Below, one piece after another: positions 54,101-64,000 of a stretch of DNA of 64,000 nt. Source of the stretch: Antedon mediterranea (Eukaryota > Animalia > Echinodermata); NCBI RefSeq assembly GCF_964355755.1, contig NC_092677.1:22245175-22309174 (forward strand), written 5' to 3'. The stretch's first letter is position 1, and every line of letters starts with the position of its first letter. The notes below the pieces were generated by a model. The model was given only the letters and a program-made list of their open reading frames with translations, was not told the origin of the DNA and did no database searches. Both the position numbers and the translations under genes were made by a program.

Positions 54101-54304
54101 TTTACTTACACCTACTGGTTGTCAGCATATGGTAAATAATTTTAAGATGGCCGCCATTTTTAAAAATGGCCCAATCGGGTTGAAGCACAACGGGGAAACC
54201 CGGGGACTTTTAGTATGTTGTTTCAGACAACATTAGGGACCTATCCTGAAAAATTCAGCTTTAGCATATTTATTTCTACCTCAAAGTCTAATACTCCTGG
54301 ACTA
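51146..54304. mobile_element. Academ-like non-autonomous DNA transposon with ~1-kb modular TIRs
   Basis: Termini TAGTCCAGGAGTATTAGAC...GTCTAATACTCCTGGACTA with a 3-bp TSD GAT. Arms (~51146-52290 and ~53370-54304) contain ~300-bp tandem subunits. Confidence 0.8.
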
Positions 54305-54842
54305 GATGGGGAAGAGGATGGATACAAAGAGGAACAATTTTTAAATATATTCTTTATCCATTTAGTAACGAAATATTAATTGTTTTCATGTTTTACAAAT
54401 AATATACCACTAAACACAGTAAAACATTGCGATGTAATACTTTGTTGAAACTATCACCGTCCTAGTCGATTGAAATAGTAGGCTACAGCACATGTAACGA
54501 TACATCACTACGACGTGTATATGTTTATAATATAATGTAAAACAATTTGTGAAAACCACCTCTATTCGGGGAAAATCATAAATTCGATTTAATCGTCAAT
54601 AAATATTAAATTATCTAACTCAACTTAATTAGTAGGCCTAATGGTTTTCAATTGTTTCTTAGAGCCAATTCATACTTAAGTTGGTTCCTACCCTACCCAC
54701 CAAAGTTGTTCTGCGTTTAGGGCATGTGATGCACCGTAGGCCTATCCTCTACTGGCTTTACAACGCTACTCATGCCAGTGAGGGAAGGGTGATGATGTGG
54801 GTGGTTTAACTGCAATAATAAAGGTTTGTATATAATATACGG

Positions 54843-55289
54843 TGTCACGAACTCCTCTCACGTATGTTTCCGAGCGGTTGAAATACTTTAGGAACTCCCT
54901 TGTGACATAAAAGTATACACACAAAATCCACAAAGTTGTAAAATAACTCAAAAACAAAGCTTTAATTTCAATCAACTTCAACTTTCAACAATCCAGTAAG
55001 CACTTTAAACAACAGCTTCACAATGACTTTACAATATAACATCCAACCTCTAATCCAACAACCTTACAATAGTTTACATCCCTTTATATACAAGATGCTC
55101 CTATCCTTCTAGATCATTCTTTATACTTTTCATTATTACATGATTACAGTTTCTATTAATAGCACTTCTGGAATGTTCTTGATTGTTCTTATTAATTATA
55201 CATGGTTTATTAAATCAAAACATCTTATTCTAGAATGTTCATGTAAATACTATGTTACTCTATATGTTAGGGAATGGTAATTTATTACA
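54843..55289 (-). repeat. 3' LTR (447 bp)
   Basis: No difference from 60425-60871 seen by eye. The minus strand has TATATAAAG and ATTAAA. Confidence 0.97.
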
Positions 55290-55304
55290 CTCCCCCCTCT
55301 TTCT
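55290..55304 (-). promoter_or_regulatory. Polypurine tract
   Basis: Minus strand AGAAAGAGGGGGGAG abuts the 3' LTR. A 10-bp hairpin stem (55308-55334) lies just before it. Confidence 0.9.
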
Positions 55305-55517
55305 GAGCTCAAAACTCTTTCTTGGAGTTTTGAGGGGCAAGTATACACGGACGTGGCAAAATATAACATTTTCGACCTAGAAACCCTGTTTAATATATGA
55401 ATATAAATTCAAACTACATTACGTGAAAACCAAATTCTCATTACAAACAAAATGTAAGAAACAAGTAACTTATAAACATTAAAACCTATTTTGTCTATTT
55501 GTAAAGTAACCCTTGCT

Positions 55518-58500
55518 TTAAGTTAATGGTTTTCGTGACAATCCGTCAGCATTACCATTAGAAATACCCCTTCTATGTACAACAGTAAAGCAATAAGGTT
55601 GTAAATCAAGACTCCATCTAGTTAGTCTTTTGTTTGTCTCTTTCATTTCAACCAACCATTTGAGTGGTTGATGGTCAGTAACTATCTTAAATTTTCTGCC
55701 TAGTAGATAATATCGCAGACTTTCGACAGCCCATTTTATAGCTAAACACTCTTTCTCTATAGTTGCATAATTCTGTTCTCTTGGGAACATCTTACGACTA
55801 AGATACAATACTGGATGGTCAGTACCATCAGGACCTAGTTGACTAAGTACTGCACCTAACCCTCGATCTGACGCATCTGTTTGCAGTATAAACTCTGCAT
55901 TAAAATCTGGGTTTCGTAACACAGGGTCTGAACATAACGCCTGTTTTAACTTTACAAGTGCATCTTCGCACTCAGGCGTCCATTTGATTTTATCTGGATG
56001 TTTTTTCCCCGTCAGATCAGTTAGAGGTGCTGCAATGTCAGCATAATTAGGAATAAACTTTCGGTAGTATCCTGTCAGGCCAAGAAAAGATTTAACATCC
56101 TTCTTAGTTTTAGGGTTTTCCCATTGTACTACCGCTTCTACCTTAGTCTTTTGAGGACGTATCATTCCCTCTCCAATTACATACCCTAAATAATGCACTT
56201 TACTATGTGCGAAACTACATTTTGCAGGTTTGACTGTCAGATTAGCTTGCTTGAGGGTCTGAAAAATGTCCCTAAGATGATGGATATGGCTTTCCCAGTC
56301 TGGACTAAATATTACCAGATCATCCATATAAGCTGCTGCATAAGATTCTTTCTTGCGCAACAGTTGATCCATCATTCTTTGAAACGTTGCAGGAGCCCCA
56401 TGCAAGCCAAATGGTAAATACTTAAATTGGTACAAACCCATTGGTGTTGAAAAAGCTGTATATGGTTTTGACCGTTCAGTTAATGGAACCTGCCAGTAAC
56501 CTTTACATAAATCTAACTTCGTTATAAATTTAGCAGGACCAACCCTGCCTATTATTTCATCTATTCGAGGCATTGGATATGCATCAAACTTGCTCAAGCT
56601 ATTCACTTTTTTGTAATTTACGCAAAAGCGAGCTGTACCGTCCGGCTTTGGTACCATGATATAAGGAGAGGACCAGGGACTGTGAGACTCTTCTATTACC
56701 CCAAGTTCCAACATAGATTCTATCTCTTCTTTTACTTTGCCTAACTTAGCCTGAGGAATTGGATAAGCTCTTAATCTAACTGGGTGTACCCCTAGGTTCA
56801 TTTCAATATCATGCTTTATTACAGTAGTTTTCCCTGGCTTGTCCTGTAACACTGAGTCAAATTCAGAAAACACCTCCGCTAAATCTGAAAGCTGAGATTC
56901 ATCTAATCCTTCACCAGAATCTAAGGTTAAATTGGAACTAGAAATATTTGACCAAGAAATGTCCTTATCCTGACCCTCGTCTTGTCCAGTTACATCATTT
57001 ATAGCCAGCATAACCTCAATAGTTCTACGATGAAATTGTTTTAAAAGATTTATGTGGTAGACTTTTGACTTTTTCCGTTTATCATTAGTTTCCACCTCAT
57101 AGTTTACTGGACCTAGTTTCCTTAAAACCTTGTAAGGACCTTGCCATTTTGCCTCTAATGCATCGTTACTAGATGGTAAGAGTAATAGGACTTCATCACC
57201 TGGACTAAATTCTCTACAAACAGATTTCTGATCATATTTTTGTTTTTGCCTTGTTTGGGATAGTTCAATGTTTTCCTGGACTAGATCTTTCATTGAAGCT
57301 AACCTATCTCTCATTTTAACAACGTGTGAAACCACACTTTGAGGACCTGTCACCGTGCCTATCCACATTTCTTTCATTATATCAAGTGGACCTCGTACCT
57401 TCCAACCATACAATAATTCAAATGGAGAGAACCCAGTTGACTCCTGCGGTACCTCCCTATAAGCAAATAATAGGTACGGAAGCAATTTATCCCATTCTCG
57501 GGGATCATCCTGAACAAATTTTCTAATCATAGCCTTGAGGGTGCCATTAAATCTTTCCACTAATCCATCGGTTTGTGGATGGTAGGGAGAAGTAGTCAAG
57601 CCCTTAATTGAAAGTAACTTATAAATTTGACTCAACAACTTAGAGGTAAAGTTAGAGCCTTGATCGGTTAAAATTTCTGTTGGTACCCCTACCCTGGAAA
57701 ATAATTTAATCAACTCATCCGCTATCTTTGGAGCTTCAATACTTCTCAGTGGGATAGCCTCCGGATATCGAGTTGCATAATCACATATAACCAAGACATA
57801 TTTATTTCCTGTCTTACTCCGTGCTAGTGGACCAACAATGTCCATAGCGATTCGGCGGAATGGTTCACTGATTATTGGCATAGGAATCATCGGGGCCTTC
57901 AATTTAGTTTTATACTTTGAAGTTTTCTGACAATTTTCACAAGTGTTACAATATTCGGTCACATCCTTTCTAATACCAGGCCAAAAGAATCTCTGCTTTA
58001 TCCTATCTAATGTCTTTTTCCTACCTAAATGACCTGCCAAAGGAATATCATGTGAGACTTTCAATACACTATTACGGCAAGGGTATGGAACTACTAATTG
58101 CTCTATTGGTTCTGTCTGGTGTTTAGTGAAAACCTGCCTAAATAAAATTCCATCCTTACAGACTATCTTTATAGTGTCATCATCCTTCTGTACTAACATC
58201 TGTTCTCGAAGTGAAATTAAAGTTCTATCCTTAACCTGATAATCCTTAATTTCATCTCTGCCAATATCTAAAATGTCTAATTCACTATCTTGGCCAGATT
58301 GAGCTTCCTTTGTTTTTGCAAACTCTTTCCTAACTTTTCGTTTCTCACTTCTGGTTTTATGAACTTTTTCCTTGGGAGGGTTGTTACTGAGTAGTTGGCC
58401 ATCTAAATGTCCAAATTCTTCTTGAAAATTAACCACATCATCTAACTGATGTGAAATAACCCCAGAAGCTTTTTCCGACTTTAATTCGTTTTCCTCTCTT

Positions 58501-60092
58501 AGTTTTTCTTTTCTAGCATGATCTCTAGTGGCAACAAAACTATGCCTATCATGATTCTTATCCCTCTTCCCTAATAAGTCTCCAAATTTAGGAAAGTCCC
58601 TACCAAGAATTACATCTCTTGGTAAATCGCTGCAAACGCCAACCAACAAATTATGGTCTTCGTTATTAATCTTAATATTGACGAATGCAGTAGGATAGGC
58701 TTGGACATGGTCATGGACGCACCTGCATGTAATTTTAGCTTGCTCCGCGCGATTAATTTTTTTAGCCGCTACTAAATCAGAATGAACAAGTGTCATATCA
58801 CATCCAGAGTCTATCAAAATTTCACAATCACACCCTTCAACTAGGCCTCTACAAATGTAAGGTGTACATGGTTTTGAAACAGTATCTGTCTTTGTCGACA
58901 AAAAGCCATCCTTACTTCGACAAAATCGTTCTATGTGGCCTACTTTTTTGCACCGTCTACAAACGAGAGGTTGTCTAGCGTCAGATTGTGATTTATGAAA
59001 GTTATCAGGGGGATTATTATTACCCTTACTGTCAACTTCAGGAGTGCCTTTCACTGTTTTCTCCTGGTTGTTTCTATTTTCGTGTTTTCTATTTTGAAAC
59101 TTTTTCTCAAAATCGATACCTTTTCTAGCTTGAAAATAATTATCTGCTAATTCTGCAGCATTTAATCCAGAATCTGGTTTATGTTCTTTAACCCAAATTT
59201 GTACCCCTGTGGGCATAATATCTATTAATTGCTCTAAAATAACAATTTCAGCTAAATCATCTTTGCTTTTATCAGCAGGTCTAGCCCACTTAGTAAATAA
59301 ATCTTTTAACCTAACATACATTTCTCTATAACTTTCTTCACTTTTCTTTTTAATTGACCTAAACCTTTGCCTATATGTCTCTTCAGTTATGTCATACCTT
59401 TGTAATATTGCTTTCTTCACTATGTCGTACTGGTTACTTTCTGTCACTGGTAGTGATGCATAGGCTGCTCTTGCTTTGCCTGTCAAATGAGGTATTAGTT
59501 TTACTACCCAGTGTTCTTTTCGCCACTCATAGGTGTTAGCAATTCGTTCAAACGTAGTGAGATAATTTTCAATATCATCACTATCAGAAAGTTTTGCAAT
59601 CTGAACTTCCTTCAATCTCATCATGTCTTTTAATCGTTTCTCCTCACTGTCCTTTTGCTTATCCATTAACGCCATTACTAACGCTTGCTGTTTCTCCATA
59701 TCTTCCCTACGTAAACGTTCTTGTCTTTCCATATCTTCTTTGCGTAAACGTTCTTGTGTTTCCATATCTTCTTTGCGTAAACGTTCTTGTTTTTCCATAT
59801 CTTCTTTGCGTAAACGTTCTTGTTGTTCCATCATCTGCTGCATCATAAGATTCTGTTGTTGCATTTGCTGCTGCATTTGCTGCTGCATTTGCTGCTGCAT
59901 TTGCTGCTGCATCAACAACAAAACATCTTTTGAAGATGAGTCAGCCCCTGTAGGGTTATGTCCACTGGTTGGTCCAGACTCTTCTGCCTGTTGTTCAGGT
60001 TGTACTGATTGAACTGATTCTACATCCGAATCAGTTTCATCGCCACCGCTGTATTCTCTACCGGATCTTGTTGTTGATTGTTTATCAGCCAT
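55518..60092 (-). CDS. Gag-Pol polyprotein, 1524 aa: SCAN-like Gag, CCHC knuckle, protease, integrase, RT, RNase H
   Basis: In order: CRRCKKVGHIERFC, LIDSGCD, SHDIPLAGHLG..CENC, MDIVGP, TDQGSNF, GLVERFN, WQGPY, LDLCKGYWQ, YMDDL, QTDASD, EKECLAI, TDHQPL, ADGLSR. Confidence 0.96.
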   Translation of the reverse strand: MADKQSTTRSGREYSGGDETDSDVESVQSVQPEQQAEESGPTSGHNPTGADSSSKDVLLLMQQQMQQQMQQQMQQQMQQQNLMMQQMMEQQERLRKEDMEKQERLRKEDMETQERLRKEDMERQERLRREDMEKQQALVMALMDKQKDSEEKRLKDMMRLKEVQIAKLSDSDDIENYLTTFERIANTYEWRKEHWVVKLIPHLTGKARAAYASLPVTESNQYDIVKKAILQRYDITEETYRQRFRSIKKKSEESYREMYVRLKDLFTKWARPADKSKDDLAEIVILEQLIDIMPTGVQIWVKEHKPDSGLNAAELADNYFQARKGIDFEKKFQNRKHENRNNQEKTVKGTPEVDSKGNNNPPDNFHKSQSDARQPLVCRRCKKVGHIERFCRSKDGFLSTKTDTVSKPCTPYICRGLVEGCDCEILIDSGCDMTLVHSDLVAAKKINRAEQAKITCRCVHDHVQAYPTAFVNIKINNEDHNLLVGVCSDLPRDVILGRDFPKFGDLLGKRDKNHDRHSFVATRDHARKEKLREENELKSEKASGVISHQLDDVVNFQEEFGHLDGQLLSNNPPKEKVHKTRSEKRKVRKEFAKTKEAQSGQDSELDILDIGRDEIKDYQVKDRTLISLREQMLVQKDDDTIKIVCKDGILFRQVFTKHQTEPIEQLVVPYPCRNSVLKVSHDIPLAGHLGRKKTLDRIKQRFFWPGIRKDVTEYCNTCENCQKTSKYKTKLKAPMIPMPIISEPFRRIAMDIVGPLARSKTGNKYVLVICDYATRYPEAIPLRSIEAPKIADELIKLFSRVGVPTEILTDQGSNFTSKLLSQIYKLLSIKGLTTSPYHPQTDGLVERFNGTLKAMIRKFVQDDPREWDKLLPYLLFAYREVPQESTGFSPFELLYGWKVRGPLDIMKEMWIGTVTGPQSVVSHVVKMRDRLASMKDLVQENIELSQTRQKQKYDQKSVCREFSPGDEVLLLLPSSNDALEAKWQGPYKVLRKLGPVNYEVETNDKRKKSKVYHINLLKQFHRRTIEVMLAINDVTGQDEGQDKDISWSNISSSNLTLDSGEGLDESQLSDLAEVFSEFDSVLQDKPGKTTVIKHDIEMNLGVHPVRLRAYPIPQAKLGKVKEEIESMLELGVIEESHSPWSSPYIMVPKPDGTARFCVNYKKVNSLSKFDAYPMPRIDEIIGRVGPAKFITKLDLCKGYWQVPLTERSKPYTAFSTPMGLYQFKYLPFGLHGAPATFQRMMDQLLRKKESYAAAYMDDLVIFSPDWESHIHHLRDIFQTLKQANLTVKPAKCSFAHSKVHYLGYVIGEGMIRPQKTKVEAVVQWENPKTKKDVKSFLGLTGYYRKFIPNYADIAAPLTDLTGKKHPDKIKWTPECEDALVKLKQALCSDPVLRNPDFNAEFILQTDASDRGLGAVLSQLGPDGTDHPVLYLSRKMFPREQNYATIEKECLAIKWAVESLRYYLLGRKFKIVTDHQPLKWLVEMKETNKRLTRWSLDLQPYCFTVVHRRGISNGNADGLSRKPLT

Positions 60093-60406
60093 ATTTTAAA
60101 TCTGGATGAGGGTCTTGTTACTAGTTAATCGTAGTTACCGAGACGTTCACAAGTCTACTGTTCCAAATAAATAATGTACTGTTCTTAAAACAATGTTTGT
60201 GTACTTACGATTAAACAAAACGTAGCACTGCGGCTTCCGTAAAATATCACAGTATCGTAAGTACCGCTTTCACAAAATATCAATAAAGTACAGTTGATCC
60301 TAAAACAGCCACCAATCTATGGCAAAATACAGTAGATCAAACTGCTACCACAAAATATCACAACCGTAGATAAATACACAGTTAAGTCGAACAGTAGATC
60401 GAAATA

Positions 60407-60419
60407 ACCGCTGCCACCA
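60407..60419 (-). promoter_or_regulatory. Primer-binding site, tRNA-Leu
   Basis: Minus strand TGGTGGCAGCGGT, 5 nt from the LTR, complementary to the animal tRNA-Leu(AAG/TAG) 3' end ...ACCGCTGCCACCA (from memory). Confidence 0.85.
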
Positions 60420-60424
60420 AATTA

Positions 60425-60871
60425 TGTCACGAACTCCTCTCACGTATGTTTCCGAGCGGTTGAAATACTTTAGGAACTCCCTTGTGACATAAAAGTATAC
60501 ACACAAAATCCACAAAGTTGTAAAATAACTCAAAAACAAAGCTTTAATTTCAATCAACTTCAACTTTCAACAATCCAGTAAGCACTTTAAACAACAGCTT
60601 CACAATGACTTTACAATATAACATCCAACCTCTAATCCAACAACCTTACAATAGTTTACATCCCTTTATATACAAGATGCTCCTATCCTTCTAGATCATT
60701 CTTTATACTTTTCATTATTACATGATTACAGTTTCTATTAATAGCACTTCTGGAATGTTCTTGATTGTTCTTATTAATTATACATGGTTTATTAAATCAA
60801 AACATCTTATTCTAGAATGTTCATGTAAATACTATGTTACTCTATATGTTAGGGAATGGTAATTTATTACA
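60425..60871 (-). repeat. 5' LTR (447 bp)
   Basis: Direct repeat of 54843-55289. Confidence 0.97.
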
Positions 60872-62660
60872 ACGGCGACTGAAAACGCTAGCTCATTATC
60901 CGTTTAAAAAAAAATTATATCCAACCTCTGCAGCACAGATTGAAAAAAAAATGGATCGAATTTCTGTTATGAGTATACAGTACTTGCCTTTACGACGCTT
61001 GAGGGAATAGACACTTGGAGAGAGATTGGAATGTTCCATTCATCGCAAATCAATACATTTGTATAAACGTATATTAAATCTATCAAAATAGTTTTTTAAA
61101 AAAAATCGGCCTGTCTTCAACATTATGATGCTGTACTCGAGCTGTTCAACCGGTTTTCAGCCATTAAAAACAATTATCGTAGGAGGAGATGGGAAAATGC
61201 GAAGCATCCTCGTATTATTGTCTGCGGGTATTTTTCAAGACGGACATCCATTAGACAGTGTATACCACGATCGAAAAACACCCCTATTTGGGGCAAATCG
61301 TTGAACCTAAATTCGTTTTAATTGTCAATAAGTAATTATCTAACTCAATTTAATTAGTAAACAGGGTTACATCAGGTGGTTAAAATCAGTACCGAGATTC
61401 TAACAAACTTTATATACCATCGAGTAAACATTCTAGAAATAACGTGCGATTTACCGAATTTTGCCCTTACGTAAATTTATATATAGATTATGGCACAGTA
61501 ATTGATGAAATGCATCAATTCTTTTTGAATTAGGCTCAATTCAAAGCTGATGAAGCATACTACACATTTATCATGTGTAGTATCATGAAAAGTCATTTGA
61601 GTCATTATTTTACAAATTATATGGAAAATGAACTCATTTTTTGTGTATTTCATTTTTCTATTTTAATGAATAACAAATATTTTTGTAACATATGCTTGAT
61701 TTTTTTTCAAAAAACTTTTAAAAATGCCCTGACTTAGTGTTCTACAACAAGTAGTTCAAGAGATAGCATTTGTTGTAATTCTTAACCAATTATGAATAAA
61801 AATCAGTATTTTCTAAAGTTATCATGACTTATGGTAGATTTATAACAAAAAAACCCATTACATAACAATGAATATAAACATTATCATTGGCTTTCATTAA
61901 ATGTATGATTTAGCGTTCTGCGACAAGTAGTTTACAAGGTAGCTTTTTTTGCAATTTTTTACAGAAAATGAGGGAAAACCAGTATTTTCAAAATTTATGA
62001 TAGGTTTATGACAAAACCTTCCATTACAATGAATATATATTATCATTGGCTTTTATTTAATGTAGGATTTACGAGATAGCTTTTTTTTTGCGATTTGTAC
62101 CAAAAAATGAATAAAATCAGTATATTACATACATACACAAGCTCTAATTGTAACACAAATTAAAAATTTCTTTTTGATATTCACTCCCATATAGTTAGGG
62201 CAGTTGTTAGAAAAATATTTGTTATTCAATAAAACAAAAAAATGGAAAAAATGAGTTTATTTTCAATATATTTTGTAAAATAATGACTTTTTATGATAAC
62301 CAATGTGTAGTATGATTCATCAGCTTTACATTGAGCCTAATTAAAAAAGAATTGATGCATTTCATCAAATACTGTGCCACAAAATAAAGATATTGGTAAA
62401 AAATTACATGAAAAAATAGGTCATTGACCTCTGACCCAAAAGTGCATCACCAGAATCACTTAAGAATTGGGTTTTCAGATGTACCAAAGTAGGTCTCCCA
62501 CAAACATCATAGAGATGCTATATCTCTAGGAGTTGATGAACCATGTTAACCACCAAGCTAGTGTTTTATATTATTGTAATGCATTTTAAAAATGGTACCG
62601 AAAAATTAAAAATAATATTGCTCAATTTGTGTTGGTGTAGTATTGTTCCATTCATTATTG

Positions 62661-63823
62661 ATTATCTGCACTTGGCGGATAACTCCTTTTTATTGTCAGG
62701 ATCTTTTTTTTCTTTCTTATTCTTATTTCTTTCTTGGAATTTTGTTGCACGTGTATCTCTAATTCTGGTCAACATAAGAATGACCTGTAGATGTGCAAGA
62801 TATGAAGTCACAGTCACGCAGCGCAAGTTACGCGCGATGGCTGCTCATAATTTCTGAACAAAAATTTATTTTTCAATGGAGCTCGTAGAAAAATGGTTTT
62901 TGCAATTGATTTTTGTTTTTCATACCTTCTGTAGTAGATTACATTCATTTTGATGAACTTTAATTGCAAAATAACAACGCACATGCACGTTAAACTTTAA
63001 GAATCGTGTGCTAAAAAATGGGTAATTTAATGCAAATTTGTGCAAAAATATACCTATTTTTAATCAGTTATACTGTAGCTCCTCAGGAAGCTGATGAGTT
63101 GTAGTTATCAATTCATGTAAAATTTATGTCTACCATATGTTCTGACGTCACCATATGGCCACTCGAATTAAAAAAATAAGATTTTTTTCGCTTCAATGCT
63201 AATTAATCCCATTTCATAGAGCGCATTGCGCTTATGCTTACCCCATTTCACCCTAGATTTTAATATGTTTTTTCTCAAACAATAATCTTTCACATGAGTT
63301 AAACAAATTTGAATTTTTATTACGTCATCATATAAAAAAATTAGAATATTCGTGACTTGCTTAATTTCATCTATACAGTATATTTCAATCTGTCATAGCT
63401 CCTCGGAATGAAAAGTGACCCGCATGATTAAAACTTATTATGGAAGCTGTTGAATTGTAGAAATGAATATGACGTCATCACATGGCCAGTTGAATTCAAA
63501 AAGTAAGATTTTCATCTTTTTCGTAAATGTTTTTGTCAAATTTGTATTAATGTAATTATTTAGATAGTTTTCTTCTAAAATTGTTATTTTTACATTTCGC
63601 TTTGCGTGTTAAAAATTGGATTAAATGACGGGTCTCGTAATTTCATCTATGCTACACTGTAAATACTGTAATATGCTGTATGATACAAAATAGGTACAAT
63701 TCAGCACTGTAAGCATATTTAATTCATGTCATAGATTGCCGATGTTCAATATAGTTTAACGTATGTGCATGTTGCATTTCTGCGGATAACCCGAACTCGT
63801 CAAAGTGACGAGTTCAAATCTAG
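62661..63823 (+). mobile_element. Helentron/Helitron-type non-autonomous element
   Basis: 5' TTATCTGC..GCGGATAA followed by a CTT-rich microsatellite. 3' GCGGATAA, hairpin GAACTCGTC-AAAGT-GACGAGTTC, then CTAG|TTTT. Confidence 0.7.
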
Positions 63824-64000
63824 TTTTATATTATGTTGCTTACAATCACATAAATCAATGAAAATTGTTGTTTAATCTACAAGTTACCTGCACCATAGAC
63901 AAATGTAAAATTTTTTTCCTGGAAATGGGGTGTACGAATAAATAGTTAGTTTGCAAAGGTATTTCTTTTGAAGAATATATAAACATATTTTTTAAATCGC

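Larger units (their letters stand above)
54843..60871 (-). mobile_element. Full-length Gmr1-like Ty3/Gypsy LTR retrotransposon
   Basis: Two 447-bp TG...CA LTRs, 4-bp TSD ACGG (54839-54842, 60872-60875), PBS, PPT and a single intact ORF. Confidence 0.97.
50975..61487 (-). mobile_element. Non-autonomous Helitron, copy 2 (hosts the Academ-like and LTR insertions)
   Basis: 5' A|TCTATATATAAA at 61487, 3' hairpin plus CTAG at 50975. 61019-61485 matches 50522-50973, and 54462-54525 matches 49568-49630. Confidence 0.82.
49190..62495. mobile_element. Foldback-type element whose left arm is split by a Helitron dimer
   Basis: 49195-49302 plus 61488-61640 is the reverse complement of ~62240-62488 (TGGTACATCTGAAAACCCAATTC, GGTCAATGACCTATTTTTTCA, TGGCACAGTA.TTGATGAAATGCATCAATTC). 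Exact termini not resolved. Confidence 0.7.

Noticed and set aside
54766-54981. Twin 71/72-aa ORFs (also 60345-60563) as an env-like or accessory gene
   Set aside because: They lie in the LTRs, start at a non-ATG codon and run out into unrelated flanks.
59594-60012. Cys-rich plus-strand ORFs (CCICCCIC)
   Set aside because: Antisense shadow of the Gag MQQQ and EDM repeats.
55518-60092. Classification as Ty1/Copia because integrase precedes RT
   Set aside because: RT (LDLCKGYWQ, PFGLHGAPATFQ, YMDD), RNase H (TDAS, TDHQPL) and the GPY integrase tail are Gypsy-type.

Overview
This is AT-rich, repeat-dense animal genomic DNA, probably from an invertebrate (a deuterostome is inferred only from the Gmr1-type element). 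It is not prokaryotic. Only one host gene is supported: PDCD5 (6 GT-AG exons, 34957-48479, +, 127 aa), which the ORF track misses. The left third is a decayed L1/Tx1-like LINE followed by three satellite families (25 bp, ~86 bp, ~187 bp) with LINE and MITE insertions, then a tRNA-derived SINE candidate and a tandem array carrying Pol III A/B boxes. A nested MITE/Copia/LINE stack ends 42 bp upstream of the PDCD5 ATG. Downstream of PDCD5 is a nested series: a foldback element contains a head-to-tail Helitron dimer, which contains a Harbinger MITE, an Academ-like element and a complete, apparently very young Gmr1-type LTR retrotransposon (SCAN-like Gag, PR-INT-RT-RH order, LTRs identical by eye, ACGG TSD, tRNA-Leu PBS). 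I found no CRISPR array and no clearly new system. The best leads are the Gmr1/SCAN element with its repeated PBS-like leader, the Pol III-box array, and the TE-displaced PDCD5 5' region. All comparisons were done by eye, and TE family assignments need database confirmation.
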